Shown here: positions 50,260 through 59,399 of the stretch, in pieces | Layout: each line of letters starts with the position of its first letter | Position numbering within the stretch: the stretch's first letter is position 1 | Source: a virus | DNA length: 64,000 nt | Virus record (IMG/VR): IMGVR_UViG_3300045988_098681 | Direction: 5' to 3' (one strand) | The notes under the pieces: generated by a model | Seen by the model: only the letters and a program-made list of their open reading frames with translations | What the model was told of the DNA's origin: nothing | Databases searched by the model: none | Program-made: the position numbers and the translations under genes

Positions 50260-52116
50260 TTATATTAAAATACCTGCAAAGTCATCTATATTAAAATCTT
50301 CTTGATTTTGAGATATTGCATGGTTATTTTCTATTTTATCTGCTATCCAATTTGCATATTGGAGCGAACTCATACGGTCTTTATGTCCCATTCTAGGTTG
50401 CGAAAGCGACAACATACCATTATCCTTCCATGTTGCTGATAGGTTAATACCCTCACTAATCAACATACTAGTTTGAACATATGGGAGCAAATACAACGCT
50501 CGTTGTTCAGATGTAAATTTAAAAGACTCTGGACTTTCATCAAATGTTTTCGTTGCTTGAAGTTCGTCCTCAAGCAACAACAAACTGCCGTTATTGAGCG
50601 ATTTCCAAAGCGACTTCCACATATTAGAGTTCATTTCAGCGGTTGCTTTCATCGGTATCATACAAGGAATATATTCTGGGTCAACTGTACGTTGACGAAG
50701 TTCGTTTAAAACACCCTCAGACAAAACTTGCATATTCGGCTCTTCACAAATACCAAATCCATGCGGATTCCAATTTTGTCTAGTTGGGTGTTTCCATGGT
50801 GAAGAAAGCATCGTATAATAAAGATTACCCCCACCGTTAATATCAACGCACAAATATGTGCAACCTAAATCCCAATATAGTTCTCTGATTCTTTGGTGAA
50901 CAGCTTGTTCATCGCCGCCACCCATAGACTCGATATATTCAAGCCTACGCTCTGTTGTTCCATCACTTTTACAAATAACCGATAAAACCTCTAAGGCACA
51001 CCTGTCAGACTCTTCTTTTTTACCAACTGCATCTTCTGAAAATGCTAAGTCAACCGAAAGCACACGATATTCATTATCCCGCTTTTTTCGATTCTTCTTA
51101 TCTATTCCAATATTAACTTCTTCATTTGTAGGTGGTTTCAAAGATTTGTTAAGAACTTGATTCTTTTGGAACATCTCAAGAGTATAATATGCACCATCAG
51201 CCTCTCCAACCATCTCATTCAAATCTTCTATTCTAAACTCAAGCTCACCGCCTTGTTTACCTTTCATATAGTCAACTTTTGTTTTGAGTCCATGGTGCAT
51301 AGCAACAAAGATATCTCCTGCAAAGAAGTTCCAATTTGCTAATCTGTCGTTATAGCAATTATTTACGCATTTTTTAAAAGACCTCCAAATCCAACTTGAC
51401 TTAAACCATGCAGAAGTTAAATAAATTTCCTTACACTCTTCTACTAAGTCTGGATCGTTTTCATATTCTGGAAATTGTAAATATTCTGCTTGCCTTGGTT
51501 GGGACATTTTAGTGAATACAGAATCCCAAATAGATTTTTTAATAAGTCTAGCTTCTTCGGCAATAAGGCAAGAACTCCTTTCGCCGCGGCTCGAATCCAA
51601 CGCTGGCATAACTTTAATCCAACTACCGTTCCAAAAATCTACTTGAGCGCAATCTTTAGGATGTGTAATTGTTATCATTCCATCATCTTTCATTTGCTTT
51701 AAAATGGATGATAGCTTACCAATAAGCTCTTTATCTATTTTATTATCAACTATCTTATTTGCTTGGTCGATTGTAGAAGAAACAACAACAATTTGGCTAT
51801 GTGGTCTAATCAAACAAATACATGTTGATGCAAGAGCCGTATCAAACGACTTACCAAGACCACGACTACAAATCATCCAAAAGAAATCAGATATGCCAAT
51901 CAAAAATAATTTAATGTGTTGAAATGGTTTTAATCTAATCCTTAACCTTTCACTAGCATATATATTTAAGTTTCTACGATAAAAGGTACACCATTGTTTA
52001 GTGCGAATGTCCTTTTCTTCTTTTGTTTGCTTTTTCTCTTGTTTCCAACGGTTCCTTCTTGCTTTCTTTATAAAGTCATAATATTGGCTCTCTTGTAGTA
52101 AATCTTCTCTTGTCAT
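50260..52116 (-). CDS. terminase large subunit
   Basis: Walker-A-like SRGLGKSF and Walker-B-like CLIAEEA, with a C-terminal RNase H-like nuclease region (VLSVDLAFS). 618 aa. Confidence 0.75.
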   Translation of the reverse strand: MTREDLLQESQYYDFIKKARRNRWKQEKKQTKEEKDIRTKQWCTFYRRNLNIYASERLRIRLKPFQHIKLFLIGISDFFWMICSRGLGKSFDTALASTCICLIRPHSQIVVVSSTIDQANKIVDNKIDKELIGKLSSILKQMKDDGMITITHPKDCAQVDFWNGSWIKVMPALDSSRGERSSCLIAEEARLIKKSIWDSVFTKMSQPRQAEYLQFPEYENDPDLVEECKEIYLTSAWFKSSWIWRSFKKCVNNCYNDRLANWNFFAGDIFVAMHHGLKTKVDYMKGKQGGELEFRIEDLNEMVGEADGAYYTLEMFQKNQVLNKSLKPPTNEEVNIGIDKKNRKKRDNEYRVLSVDLAFSEDAVGKKEESDRCALEVLSVICKSDGTTERRLEYIESMGGGDEQAVHQRIRELYWDLGCTYLCVDINGGGNLYYTMLSSPWKHPTRQNWNPHGFGICEEPNMQVLSEGVLNELRQRTVDPEYIPCMIPMKATAEMNSNMWKSLWKSLNNGSLLLLEDELQATKTFDESPESFKFTSEQRALYLLPYVQTSMLISEGINLSATWKDNGMLSLSQPRMGHKDRMSSLQYANWIADKIENNHAISQNQEDFNIDDFAGILI

Positions 52117-52982
52117 TTTGAGCCACCATATTTACTATCTTCTGTAACCTCATAGTCCTTAGAGCCAATTACAAGATTTCTAACAGGTCTAAGAACCCAA
52201 TCAATCCAATATTTATGAATCCCCAAGAAGTCTTTATATAATTCTTTATCTTTATAATATTCAGCAGGCTCATTTTTCTCCATCATGTATATATCATTTT
52301 CGATATATTTTTCAGCCTCTGTCTTATTTCTTTCTACTTCAAACTTATCAATACCAAGCTCTTTTGCAATAGTCGCTTTCGCTTTCATGTTTTGTTGAGC
52401 CTCATCGTTCTCTTTTATGCGCAACTCACACATACACAAATCGCGATATCGACTTGCTTGGTATTCTGTCAATTCTACACCTGTTGTATAGGTTAAAAAA
52501 CGCCACTCTAAATAAGCAAGCTCGTCAACATTCAAATCATCGCCCCATGCCAATCGTAGTTTTCGCAGTTCTTCCTCTCGTTCTTCATCAAGAACCACAG
52601 CAGTACGAATATCTCCAAATGAAGCATCGGTATCCGAAAATTCATTCCATTGTTTTGGCTTGCCACTAAAGTCTTTCATGCACTTTAGATATGTTTCCAA
52701 CGGATTTGCACTTTTATTTGCGGTTAGTTTTTTCTTTGTTTGTCCCCATAAATGCTCAATAAATGGGATACCAATATCGGCACAAGTGAACCACAACCCA
52801 GCTTCAACATCTTGGAATCTCTCATAGTGCCTTTGATATATCTCTTTACAACAATCCTTACAATATGGCATATAACCATGATGGTTAGGATTTTTACTTG
52901 GGTAGAATTGCGTAACAGGCATTGTCTTTTGATGCTTCAAACAATAAGAGAACACCTTTTCATTTCTTTTCGTTACTGCCAT
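52113..52982 (-). CDS. putative terminase small subunit
   Basis: Overlaps the TerL start (ATGA). Cys-rich N-terminus. Assignment is position-based. Confidence 0.4.
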   Translation of the reverse strand: MAVTKRNEKVFSYCLKHQKTMPVTQFYPSKNPNHHGYMPYCKDCCKEIYQRHYERFQDVEAGLWFTCADIGIPFIEHLWGQTKKKLTANKSANPLETYLKCMKDFSGKPKQWNEFSDTDASFGDIRTAVVLDEEREEELRKLRLAWGDDLNVDELAYLEWRFLTYTTGVELTEYQASRYRDLCMCELRIKENDEAQQNMKAKATIAKELGIDKFEVERNKTEAEKYIENDIYMMEKNEPAEYYKDKELYKDFLGIHKYWIDWVLRPVRNLVIGSKDYEVTEDSKYGGSK

Positions 52983-53098
52983 TATCCGACCATCCTTTTA
53001 TTCCTTTAGGGGAGGCACTAAGACCACCCCACAACAAATAGGAGGAGTTCTCCTTCAAAAAATATATTAAATTAAGTATAAATGTACTTAAGTGTACA

Positions 53099-54328
53099 TC
53101 ATAAAAAATAAATTTTTGAGTAACTCCAAAGTAATTTGCACTTTTTAGCATTCACCTTTTTACAGTGCTTTGTTGGGCTTTGAAAGTTCAATGCGTGTTG
53201 ACATGGGTACAGTGCTGTCACATATCCCATATGAGTTTCCCCACTCTTATACGTATATTCAACCAAGTCCCTATGCCTTATACCCAGTACATTATCTGTC
53301 TTAGCTTTACTCTGTCTGCGCATTGGTTTTACAATCCATTCTTTAACATCACATGTATCAGGCAGTAAGCCTGTAATACAGATAGCATCATTAGAATGTG
53401 ATTTCTCAATGTTCCAATCAATACGTTTATTTGCTGTATCACCACCGTTGGTTAAGTGCAATTCGCCAAGACTAGACAATTTGTCTCTAAGCCAATTCTT
53501 ACCAATCATCACATGTTGTGCATAGTTTAGATTTTTATTGTCACTTGAACCCAATATGGAAAAGTACCAATCCATGAACTGTTCTTCTTTACCTTCTGTT
53601 TTTTGGTGACAATTCTTGCACAGTGTGATTAGATTGCCGAGTGTATTTGAACCATTTAATCTCCTTGGCTTAATGTGATGCACTTCAAGCCCACAATCAG
53701 ATTTTCCACATTCCATACATTTACAACCGTCTCTTAAGATAACTGCCCTACGTATGTTTTCGTCCAACCTGTTTGATTTTTGATACTGCCATTTGTATGG
53801 TCTGTACCCATCAGTCAATGCTCTAATATCAATTGATACATCCTCAAGCCAATAACTTGTTATGTTTACCCATCTGTTAAGACAATTTATAACTCTAATT
53901 GTTGCTTGTCTCTTTTGCAGTATGCTTGGTGCAATTCTTCCTTTTCTTCTTGGGGAACTGCGATTGTTAAACCTTGCAGGTCTGTGCCTCTTGTGGTTTC
54001 TGTGATAACGTCTGTAACCACGCCTAACTTCCATCAAACGTTTTACATCGTTTCGCTGCTCGATTGTCCCCTTGAAAAGAACTTTGTTTTTCGTCTGGCA
54101 CTTTTGAACAACAGATATCCCCACATGAAGTCCGCCATCATCAATGCCACATCGCATCTCATCCTTACAAACTTCATTGTCTAAAATTTTTTTCTTAAGC
54201 CGTATTACCATTGGATATTTACTCACAAGCACTGCACGTTTCTTGCGAATAAGAAACCATGCTTTTTGCTCTTTTGTTGGAGCCAATTGTTTTCCATCAG
54301 CGTCTAACACAAAAGCATAATTTATCAT
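53099..54328 (-). CDS. iscB: IscB (OMEGA-system RNA-guided nuclease: PLMP + split RuvC + HNH)
   Basis: Shows YPMVIRL (PLMP-like), Ruv[17 protein letters not shown], bridge-helix-like [15 protein letters not shown], RuvC-II WLEDV, HNH CMECG...[28 protein letters not shown] and Ruv[13 protein letters not shown]. 409 aa with no frame disruption. Confidence 0.8.
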   Translation of the reverse strand: MINYAFVLDADGKQLAPTKEQKAWFLIRKKRAVLVSKYPMVIRLKKKILDNEVCKDEMRCGIDDGGLHVGISVVQKCQTKNKVLFKGTIEQRNDVKRLMEVRRGYRRYHRNHKRHRPARFNNRSSPRRKGRIAPSILQKRQATIRVINCLNRWVNITSYWLEDVSIDIRALTDGYRPYKWQYQKSNRLDENIRRAVILRDGCKCMECGKSDCGLEVHHIKPRRLNGSNTLGNLITLCKNCHQKTEGKEEQFMDWYFSILGSSDNKNLNYAQHVMIGKNWLRDKLSSLGELHLTNGGDTANKRIDWNIEKSHSNDAICITGLLPDTCDVKEWIVKPMRRQSKAKTDNVLGIRHRDLVEYTYKSGETHMGYVTALYPCQHALNFQSPTKHCKKVNAKKCKLLWSYSKIYFL

Positions 54329-54645
54329 TTCTGATACCTTCCTTTCGGAGAATTTTTCTTCTTGCCAATGTCAAGCAGAGGACATGTGTTTCCCTGTTAT
54401 CAGTGCAGGGCATTAGTACTGTTTCTTGGTTGGCACTCACAGAGCCTTAAACTGAAAATTACATTCAAGGGTGTGTTTTTACCTTACTGCTCAACGTAGT
54501 TCATATCTGCAACTCGTCTTTCGACAATAGCAGTCACTTAGGCTTGAAACCTACCATTAAGCCGTGTGTAAGAGGCTTGTGTGCCCACTCTTACACACGT
54601 TTGTCAATACACTTCTATGGTTTTGACAACTTAATGACTAGTCCT
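54329..54645 (-). ncRNA. candidate IscB omega RNA (HEARO-type) in the 317-nt ORF-free leader
   Basis: IscB omega RNAs are encoded immediately 5' of iscB. The region has a 12-bp perfect helix (54563-54574/54588-54599), a GUC-GAAA-GAC hairpin and further stems. Exact ends are unknown. Confidence 0.5.
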
Positions 54646-55032
54646 CTATTCTACACTATCTCCCTTTTCTAAAATCTTCTTGAACTTTGTATATGCCTCA
54701 AACACATATTTACAAGAAGACGTTACGAAAAGTGCTAAAATAGCTAAATTACTAAAAATTTCCGCATACTCTTTTGGAATATTTAATCCGACATAGCTTG
54801 CAAACGCCGGAATTGTCGTAATAGCAATACATAATAATGCAAGACCAACAATAATAGTTGTAACTCTAATAACAGAGTCTAAAATTTTATTCTTGTCGAA
54901 CTTTTCCATAAGCATACGAATATTGTAATAAAGCGAAAACGCCATATTGCTAGTATAAGCAACTAAAAATAAAGCTGCACCAATACCAACATAAGTTAAA
55001 TTCTCAAGTACACCATCTAAAAAACTAGTCAT
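54646..55032 (-). CDS. holin-like membrane protein
   Basis: 128 aa with 3-4 TM helices, adjacent to the endolysins. Confidence 0.5.
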   Translation of the reverse strand: MTSFLDGVLENLTYVGIGAALFLVAYTSNMAFSLYYNIRMLMEKFDKNKILDSVIRVTTIIVGLALLCIAITTIPAFASYVGLNIPKEYAEIFSNLAILALFVTSSCKYVFEAYTKFKKILEKGDSVE

Positions 55033-55279
55033 CTAAATCCTCCTGCTTTCTTAATAATTTAGATGCGGCATCAGCAAGCACAATGCTTGTGCCTGTCATA
55101 ATTACCCATCGCCCAGTCTTAAACACCTCAGTTGTAACCGTACTGTCTATTGCGTGGTCGTACCAAGACATAATAAAACTAAATATCGTGTAAATAACTA
55201 AAAAAAGCAACACACCAACAAATGTCACTTTCCTAGTCCGCCATTTTTTCCATGGTCTATTTTTAATCCATTCTTTCAT
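55025..55279 (-). CDS. holin-like small membrane protein
   Basis: 84 aa with two TM helices and a charged C-terminus, adjacent to the endolysins. Confidence 0.5.
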   Translation of the reverse strand: MKEWIKNRPWKKWRTRKVTFVGVLLFLVIYTIFSFIMSWYDHAIDSTVTTEVFKTGRWVIMTGTSIVLADAASKLLRKQEDLDD

Positions 55280-55286
55280 GTTTCAC

Positions 55287-55739
55287 CTACTTTAATGCGC
55301 TAAAAGGCATATTGATTTGCTTCCCACTCCTAGAATCCCAATGATAAAACACCTTGGAATATTTTATACAAGACCCTAAGTGCATGCCCCACTTATAAAG
55401 TCCTGCTTCACCAACTACGCCATGTGCCTTACAAATTGAACGCCACTTTTTCGCATAACGAATAAAATCGTCTTTTGACAAGTTTGGATTACTCCAATCT
55501 GTCGCACACCCACGAAGATGCGAAGAGGTTGCAGAGCCTCCAACTTTCTTATTATAATCCTTTGTACGATACCATGCGTTTATTTTCATTGATCTACCAA
55601 GCCACTTTCTAAACTCTTCTAAGCAAGTAGCATGCAGAATAGCAGATGCATTAAGAATACATTGACCTGTCTGATTAACCGTATATTCATCGATTGAAAA
55701 ATGTTCTGTCAACTTTGTAACTTTTACAGTTGCATCCAT
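55287..55739 (-). CDS. peptidase M15-family (VanY/L-Ala-D-Glu peptidase-like) endolysin
   Basis: SSHLRGCATDW matches the S-x-H-x-x-G-x-A-x-D zinc-ligand motif, and there is a downstream HLG... His. Confidence 0.65.
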   Translation of the reverse strand: MDATVKVTKLTEHFSIDEYTVNQTGQCILNASAILHATCLEEFRKWLGRSMKINAWYRTKDYNKKVGGSATSSHLRGCATDWSNPNLSKDDFIRYAKKWRSICKAHGVVGEAGLYKWGMHLGSCIKYSKVFYHWDSRSGKQINMPFSALK

Positions 55740-55757
55740 TTAACCACTTCCTTTCTA

Positions 55758-56612
55758 TTATTTCCTGCGATATGTTGTAAATTTATCTGGCACATTACCA
55801 ACATATCCAAAAGCTATAGGGTGTCTTGCACACATTACAACCCTCTGTTCTTGTCCTGAGCCACGCACATTACCAAACGTTGTCACATCATCACCCAATC
55901 CGCTTTTGCCAAGGCAAGACGCATAGGCACTGGAACTTTCAGCAATCGTCAAAATTCCACTTTTCGATTTGTTATACACAATACCAACATGAGTTATATA
56001 TCTAAATGACGATTGTTCAAGACCATCTGTGTCTCCATCGCTCACATTATTGCTACGATAAAAAACCAAATCACCAATATCTGCTTTACTATATGGAATC
56101 TCACAGCCTAATTTATAAAGTTCTTGAGCCATAGATGCGGCGTTATCAAATGTTATAAATGCTCTATTTCCTGCATCATTTTCATATGTATTGTCTTTAT
56201 AATATGTCTTATTATTCTTTTTAATACCATATGCAACTTGCGCGGCTAAAAACTCAAAATAATAACCCCAATCAAACACCTTTGTAATAACTGTTGTTGG
56301 GGTTGATTTAAAATCTTTAATATTTCTGCCCATCCAAATCATCTGCGCAAAAATACCACAATTCATAATATAATCACCTTTATACATACATCCATTAGTG
56401 GAACCATTGAGCGATGATACAGAATTCGGATAAGCATAGCTTTCTCTTCGGAAACTGCCGTCATAAACAAATTTTGATTTATTGTTAAGATAATCTGTTA
56501 TAAGTGATTGCAAGGCATCTTTTTGTTTATTACTTAATGTTGGGATGGAGCTATTTGTATCATCTATTGGTAACTGAAATCTTAAAGTACCATCTACTTC
56601 GTAATTTTTCAT
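55758..56612 (-). CDS. NlpC/P60 (C40)-like cell-wall hydrolase
   Basis: Candidate catalytic Cys in MNCGIFAQMIW, and GDLVFY...ITHVGIVY, typical of the NlpC/P60 His region. Confidence 0.55.
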   Translation of the reverse strand: MKNYEVDGTLRFQLPIDDTNSSIPTLSNKQKDALQSLITDYLNNKSKFVYDGSFRRESYAYPNSVSSLNGSTNGCMYKGDYIMNCGIFAQMIWMGRNIKDFKSTPTTVITKVFDWGYYFEFLAAQVAYGIKKNNKTYYKDNTYENDAGNRAFITFDNAASMAQELYKLGCEIPYSKADIGDLVFYRSNNVSDGDTDGLEQSSFRYITHVGIVYNKSKSGILTIAESSSAYASCLGKSGLGDDVTTFGNVRGSGQEQRVVMCARHPIAFGYVGNVPDKFTTYRRK

Positions 56613-56624
56613 ATTTTCCTCCTA

Positions 56625-56654
56625 ATAAAATAACCCCACCGACCATCAGTGGGG
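56625..56654 (-). terminator. rho-independent terminator
   Basis: Minus-strand CCCCAC-(9 nt)-GTGGGG followed by TTATTTTATT, between 56756-56995 and the hydrolase RBS. Confidence 0.55.
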
Positions 56655-56755
56655 TTAAGTTTGACCGACCATCAGTCATTCGCTATTTAATAGATAAGGT
56701 CAAAACATGCCATTCTAATCTAAATGGACTTATAGTTCCTTGCTAATCTAATTTT

Positions 56756-56995
56756 TTATTTAAAAGAAGATTTAAGATAAAAGTATCCGCAACTCTTGTT
56801 CGAGCCATCTTTGTTTTTAATCACGTTGCCATCTTTATCTTTTGCAAAGCCATCACATACATACACGTTATCGCCAAGTTTGGTTTTGCGTAATGTTGCT
56901 CCACACTTACGACAAGTTAATTGCTTTTCCTCTTTTGGCTCTAACGGTTTGAGATTTAATACCTCTCTCATGCTTTCAAAACTGTTTACTTTCAT
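56756..56995 (-). CDS. small zinc-ribbon protein
   Basis: Start at the ATG after AAAGGAGAGAAAGGG. Contains CRKCG...VCDGF...SCG. Confidence 0.55.
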   Translation of the reverse strand: MKVNSFESMREVLNLKPLEPKEEKQLTCRKCGATLRKTKLGDNVYVCDGFAKDKDGNVIKNKDGSNKSCGYFYLKSSFK

Positions 56996-57135
56996 ACCCT
57001 TTCTCTCCTTTTGTTCTGTGTAATGCACAACTTTTTCACTTGTATTTATGCTGTTATTATGAGAAGCCCAAGCGCATTTTCGTATTGTGCATGATAGCCT
57101 TTTCGCTAAACGAATCCCTTGTACTTCGGGTTAAT

Positions 57136-57210
57136 TGGCATACCTACTACGAATCGAACATAGATATACGGTTTTGGAGACCGCTGTTTTCCCAATTAAA
57201 CTATAGGCAC
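57136..57210 (-). tRNA. trnW: tRNA-Trp (anticodon CCA)
   Basis: Folded by hand. Acceptor GTGCCTA/TAGGTAT (two G-U pairs), D stem GTTT/AAAC, anticodon stem GCGGT/ACCGT with loop CTCCAAA, T arm CTATG-TTCGATT-CGTAG, and an encoded CCA. Confidence 0.8.
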
Positions 57211-57273
57211 ATATCAGATGAGTTAAGTTTCTCTAACTCACCAAGTACGCATCCGAAAACACATACCCCAATT

Positions 57274-57636
57274 TTAAAATAATTCTTGTTCAGTTATTCC
57301 AATATTTTCTTCTGTATATGGTAAAAACAAATGACCAAATCTACCACGCACTTCTCCATTATCTTTTGGAAATCTTAAAAAATGTTTGTAATCTGTTAAT
57401 AGCTTAGGACAATTTTTTTCTACCCACTGTTTAGTTGCAGTAATACAATAATCCGAAGACGTATCTACAAAATTAAATACTACAAATACTACACATAATT
57501 TATTTTCTTTTACCCAATCTTCATTGTCAAATGGAATTTTTAAATTGTCTTCAAACCATGTGATAAAAGGTTCATCATCAGGAAAATCTCTTTCTAAAAA
57601 CCAATTATTTAATTCAAAATAAATTATATTTTCCAT
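57274..57636 (-). CDS. hypothetical protein
   Basis: 120-aa ORF between the tRNAs. Confidence 0.55.
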   Translation of the reverse strand: MENIIYFELNNWFLERDFPDDEPFITWFEDNLKIPFDNEDWVKENKLCVVFVVFNFVDTSSDYCITATKQWVEKNCPKLLTDYKHFLRFPKDNGEVRGRFGHLFLPYTEENIGITEQELF

Positions 57637-57666
57637 TACACCGTCCTAAACTTTCTATAAATTTAA

Positions 57667-57743
57667 TGGTGATGCCACCGAGGCTCGAACTCGGACTTTT
57701 CAGCTTGAAAGGCTGATGTGTTAACCAGTTACACTATGGCACC
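57667..57743 (-). tRNA. trnE: tRNA-Glu (anticodon UUC)
   Basis: Acceptor GGTGCCA/TGGCATC, D stem GTGT/ACAC, anticodon stem TCAGC/GCTGA with loop CTTTCAA, T arm CCGAG-TTCGAGC-CTCGG, and an encoded CCA. Confidence 0.8.
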
Positions 57744-57821
57744 ATACGAAGAAAGTATAATAGATAATTTCTAAAATTTGTATTAAATCCCACAATAAGA
57801 AATTATCAAACATAAAGGGAT

Positions 57822-57898
57822 TGGCGGGACATCTAGGATTCGAACCTAGAATCTTGCGGTTAACAGCCGCCTGCTCTAACCAGCTGAGCTAATGTCCC
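57822..57898 (-). tRNA. trnN: tRNA-Asn (anticodon GUU)
   Basis: GGGACAT...GCTCAGCTGGTTAGAGC...GGCTGTTAACCG...CTAGGTTCGAATCCTAG ATGTCCC G CCA: a canonical cloverleaf with one G-A at the top of the anticodon stem. Confidence 0.8.
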
Positions 57899-58196
57899 AT
57901 ATGGATGCAGGTACTCGACACTCCCCTTAGCTAAATCAAAGGATTTTAGGTGGCGATAGTTCAATAACTTATTTGCCTAACATGTGCAAACAAGTTTATT
58001 CATGCTCAGCCACCTAGAACTTTCATTAAGAAAAATTGTTGGAAACGACAGGACTCGACGTTACGTTCAACTAAAAAAAGTTGATTCCTTATTCATCGTG
58101 CTCTGTTTTGCCGAAGCTATTCCAGTTGGTATAGCACTCCAAAGGCTTAAATTCCCATGTAGCGATTTGGTACATATATGTAGTCACTTCTAGTTG
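57899..58196 (-). ncRNA. candidate TnpB omega (right-end) RNA region
   Basis: TnpB guide RNAs derive from the 3' end of tnpB plus the transposon right end. This 298-nt ORF-free stretch holds two copies of a CGAGU(A/C)CCUG motif (plus-strand 57908-57919 and 58049-58059). Ends are not defined. Confidence 0.4.
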
Positions 58197-59321
58197 TTAA
58201 ACTACATATTTCATTAAATTGATTGCTGCGTTGTAATCACGATCTATTACGGGACCGCATTCTGGACAGACGTAGATTCTGTCGCTGAGCTTTAGGTTTG
58301 ACTTAATCGTTCCGCAACAAGAACATGTTTTGGAAGAAGGGCAGAACCGATCTACCTGTACGAACTCGATCCCATTCCACTCACACTTGTATTTCATCTG
58401 ACGAACAAACTCATAAAAGCATTGTTCCTGAATTACTTTTGACAGGTGTTTATTCTTCATCATTCCAGACACATTAAGGTTCTCCATGACGACCCGATAT
58501 GGACGCATAAATACGAGTTTATGTGTTGCTTGATGAATATGATTTTGTCTTGTCATTGAAATGTGATAGGAAAGTTCTCGAATTTGTTCTTCGACTTTAA
58601 GAATATTAGCCGTCTTTTCAAAATTACCATTTTGATAATACTTACGAGAAACTTTACGTTGAAGGCGCTTCAATTTCTTTTGCTTTTTCTTCATGTTGGA
58701 AGTTTTGTTAATGTTCTTAATGACAATATTTTCATCGCCAAAAGCTACACTACAAAGCGCTTTGATTCCAAGGTCAATACCCATGGACTTATTTGTCAGC
58801 TCCAATACTTGGTTCTCACACTCAAAGCCAACTGTTAAAATCCATTTCTTATTGACATATGATATTCTTGGATTGTAAAATTTTGCTTCTTTTCCTAGTG
58901 GGACATTGTAGTTTGTCCGATATTTTACTTTACCGAGCTTTGGAATTGTTACAGATTCTTCGGTAAAGTAAGTTCCATCGTTTCTGATTGGATAATTAGG
59001 TTTCGATTTCTTTTTACTTTTAAATTTAGGAAAACCTGCGCCACGAAAAAAGTTTGAATATGCTTTATCAAGGTCTCTTAATGTTGTTACCAAGCTCGCA
59101 TTTAAAACTTCATTAAGCCAAGCATATTGTTCTTCTTTTTTCAATGGAGTGAGTTTCTTGATAAGATCAAAAGATGATAATTTCTTGCCGATGGAAGAGT
59201 ATTCCACTTTTTGAATCTCTAATCCCCAATTCCAGATAAACCTACAACACCCAATGTGTTTCCACATCAATTCTTCCTGCTCCTTAGTTGGGAGCAGTCT
59301 GATCTTGTACGTTTTCATCAT
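58197..59321 (-). CDS. tnpB: TnpB (IS200/IS605-family OrfB, RNA-guided RuvC nuclease); no tnpA nearby
   Basis: N-terminal YKIRLLPTKEQEELM, RuvC D (MGIDLGIKA), E (VVMENLN), zinc finger CPSSKTCSCCG...CPECG, and terminal RDYNAAINL. Intact at 374 aa. Confidence 0.85.
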   Translation of the reverse strand: MMKTYKIRLLPTKEQEELMWKHIGCCRFIWNWGLEIQKVEYSSIGKKLSSFDLIKKLTPLKKEEQYAWLNEVLNASLVTTLRDLDKAYSNFFRGAGFPKFKSKKKSKPNYPIRNDGTYFTEESVTIPKLGKVKYRTNYNVPLGKEAKFYNPRISYVNKKWILTVGFECENQVLELTNKSMGIDLGIKALCSVAFGDENIVIKNINKTSNMKKKQKKLKRLQRKVSRKYYQNGNFEKTANILKVEEQIRELSYHISMTRQNHIHQATHKLVFMRPYRVVMENLNVSGMMKNKHLSKVIQEQCFYEFVRQMKYKCEWNGIEFVQVDRFCPSSKTCSCCGTIKSNLKLSDRIYVCPECGPVIDRDYNAAINLMKYVV

Positions 59322-59399
59322 TTACCTCCTTTTCTTTAAGATTTTATGAAAAGGAGAGTGGCGGGAACTTACCCCGCACATGCGTTTCTCTCTTGTTGA

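Noticed and set aside
52960-53151. 63-aa minus-strand ORF bridging the iscB end and the small terminase start
   Set aside because: It overlaps both neighbours, has no RBS, and is hydrophobic and low-complexity. It is probably intergenic or element-end sequence.
57899-58196. Possible fourth, degenerate tRNA suggested by GUCGAGUCCUGUCGUUUCCA and GCUAUACCAACUGGAAUAGC strings
   Set aside because: I could not build an acceptor stem or a consistent cloverleaf. The strings are more simply explained as repeats or hairpins of the TnpB right end and omega RNA.
59358-59379. IS605-type left-end hairpin (GCGGG-GUAAGUU-CCCGC) ~40 nt upstream of tnpB
   Set aside because: It is only 5 bp with a mismatched extension. 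It is plausible as a subterminal palindrome but cannot define the element boundary without comparative data, so it is not annotated as a feature.
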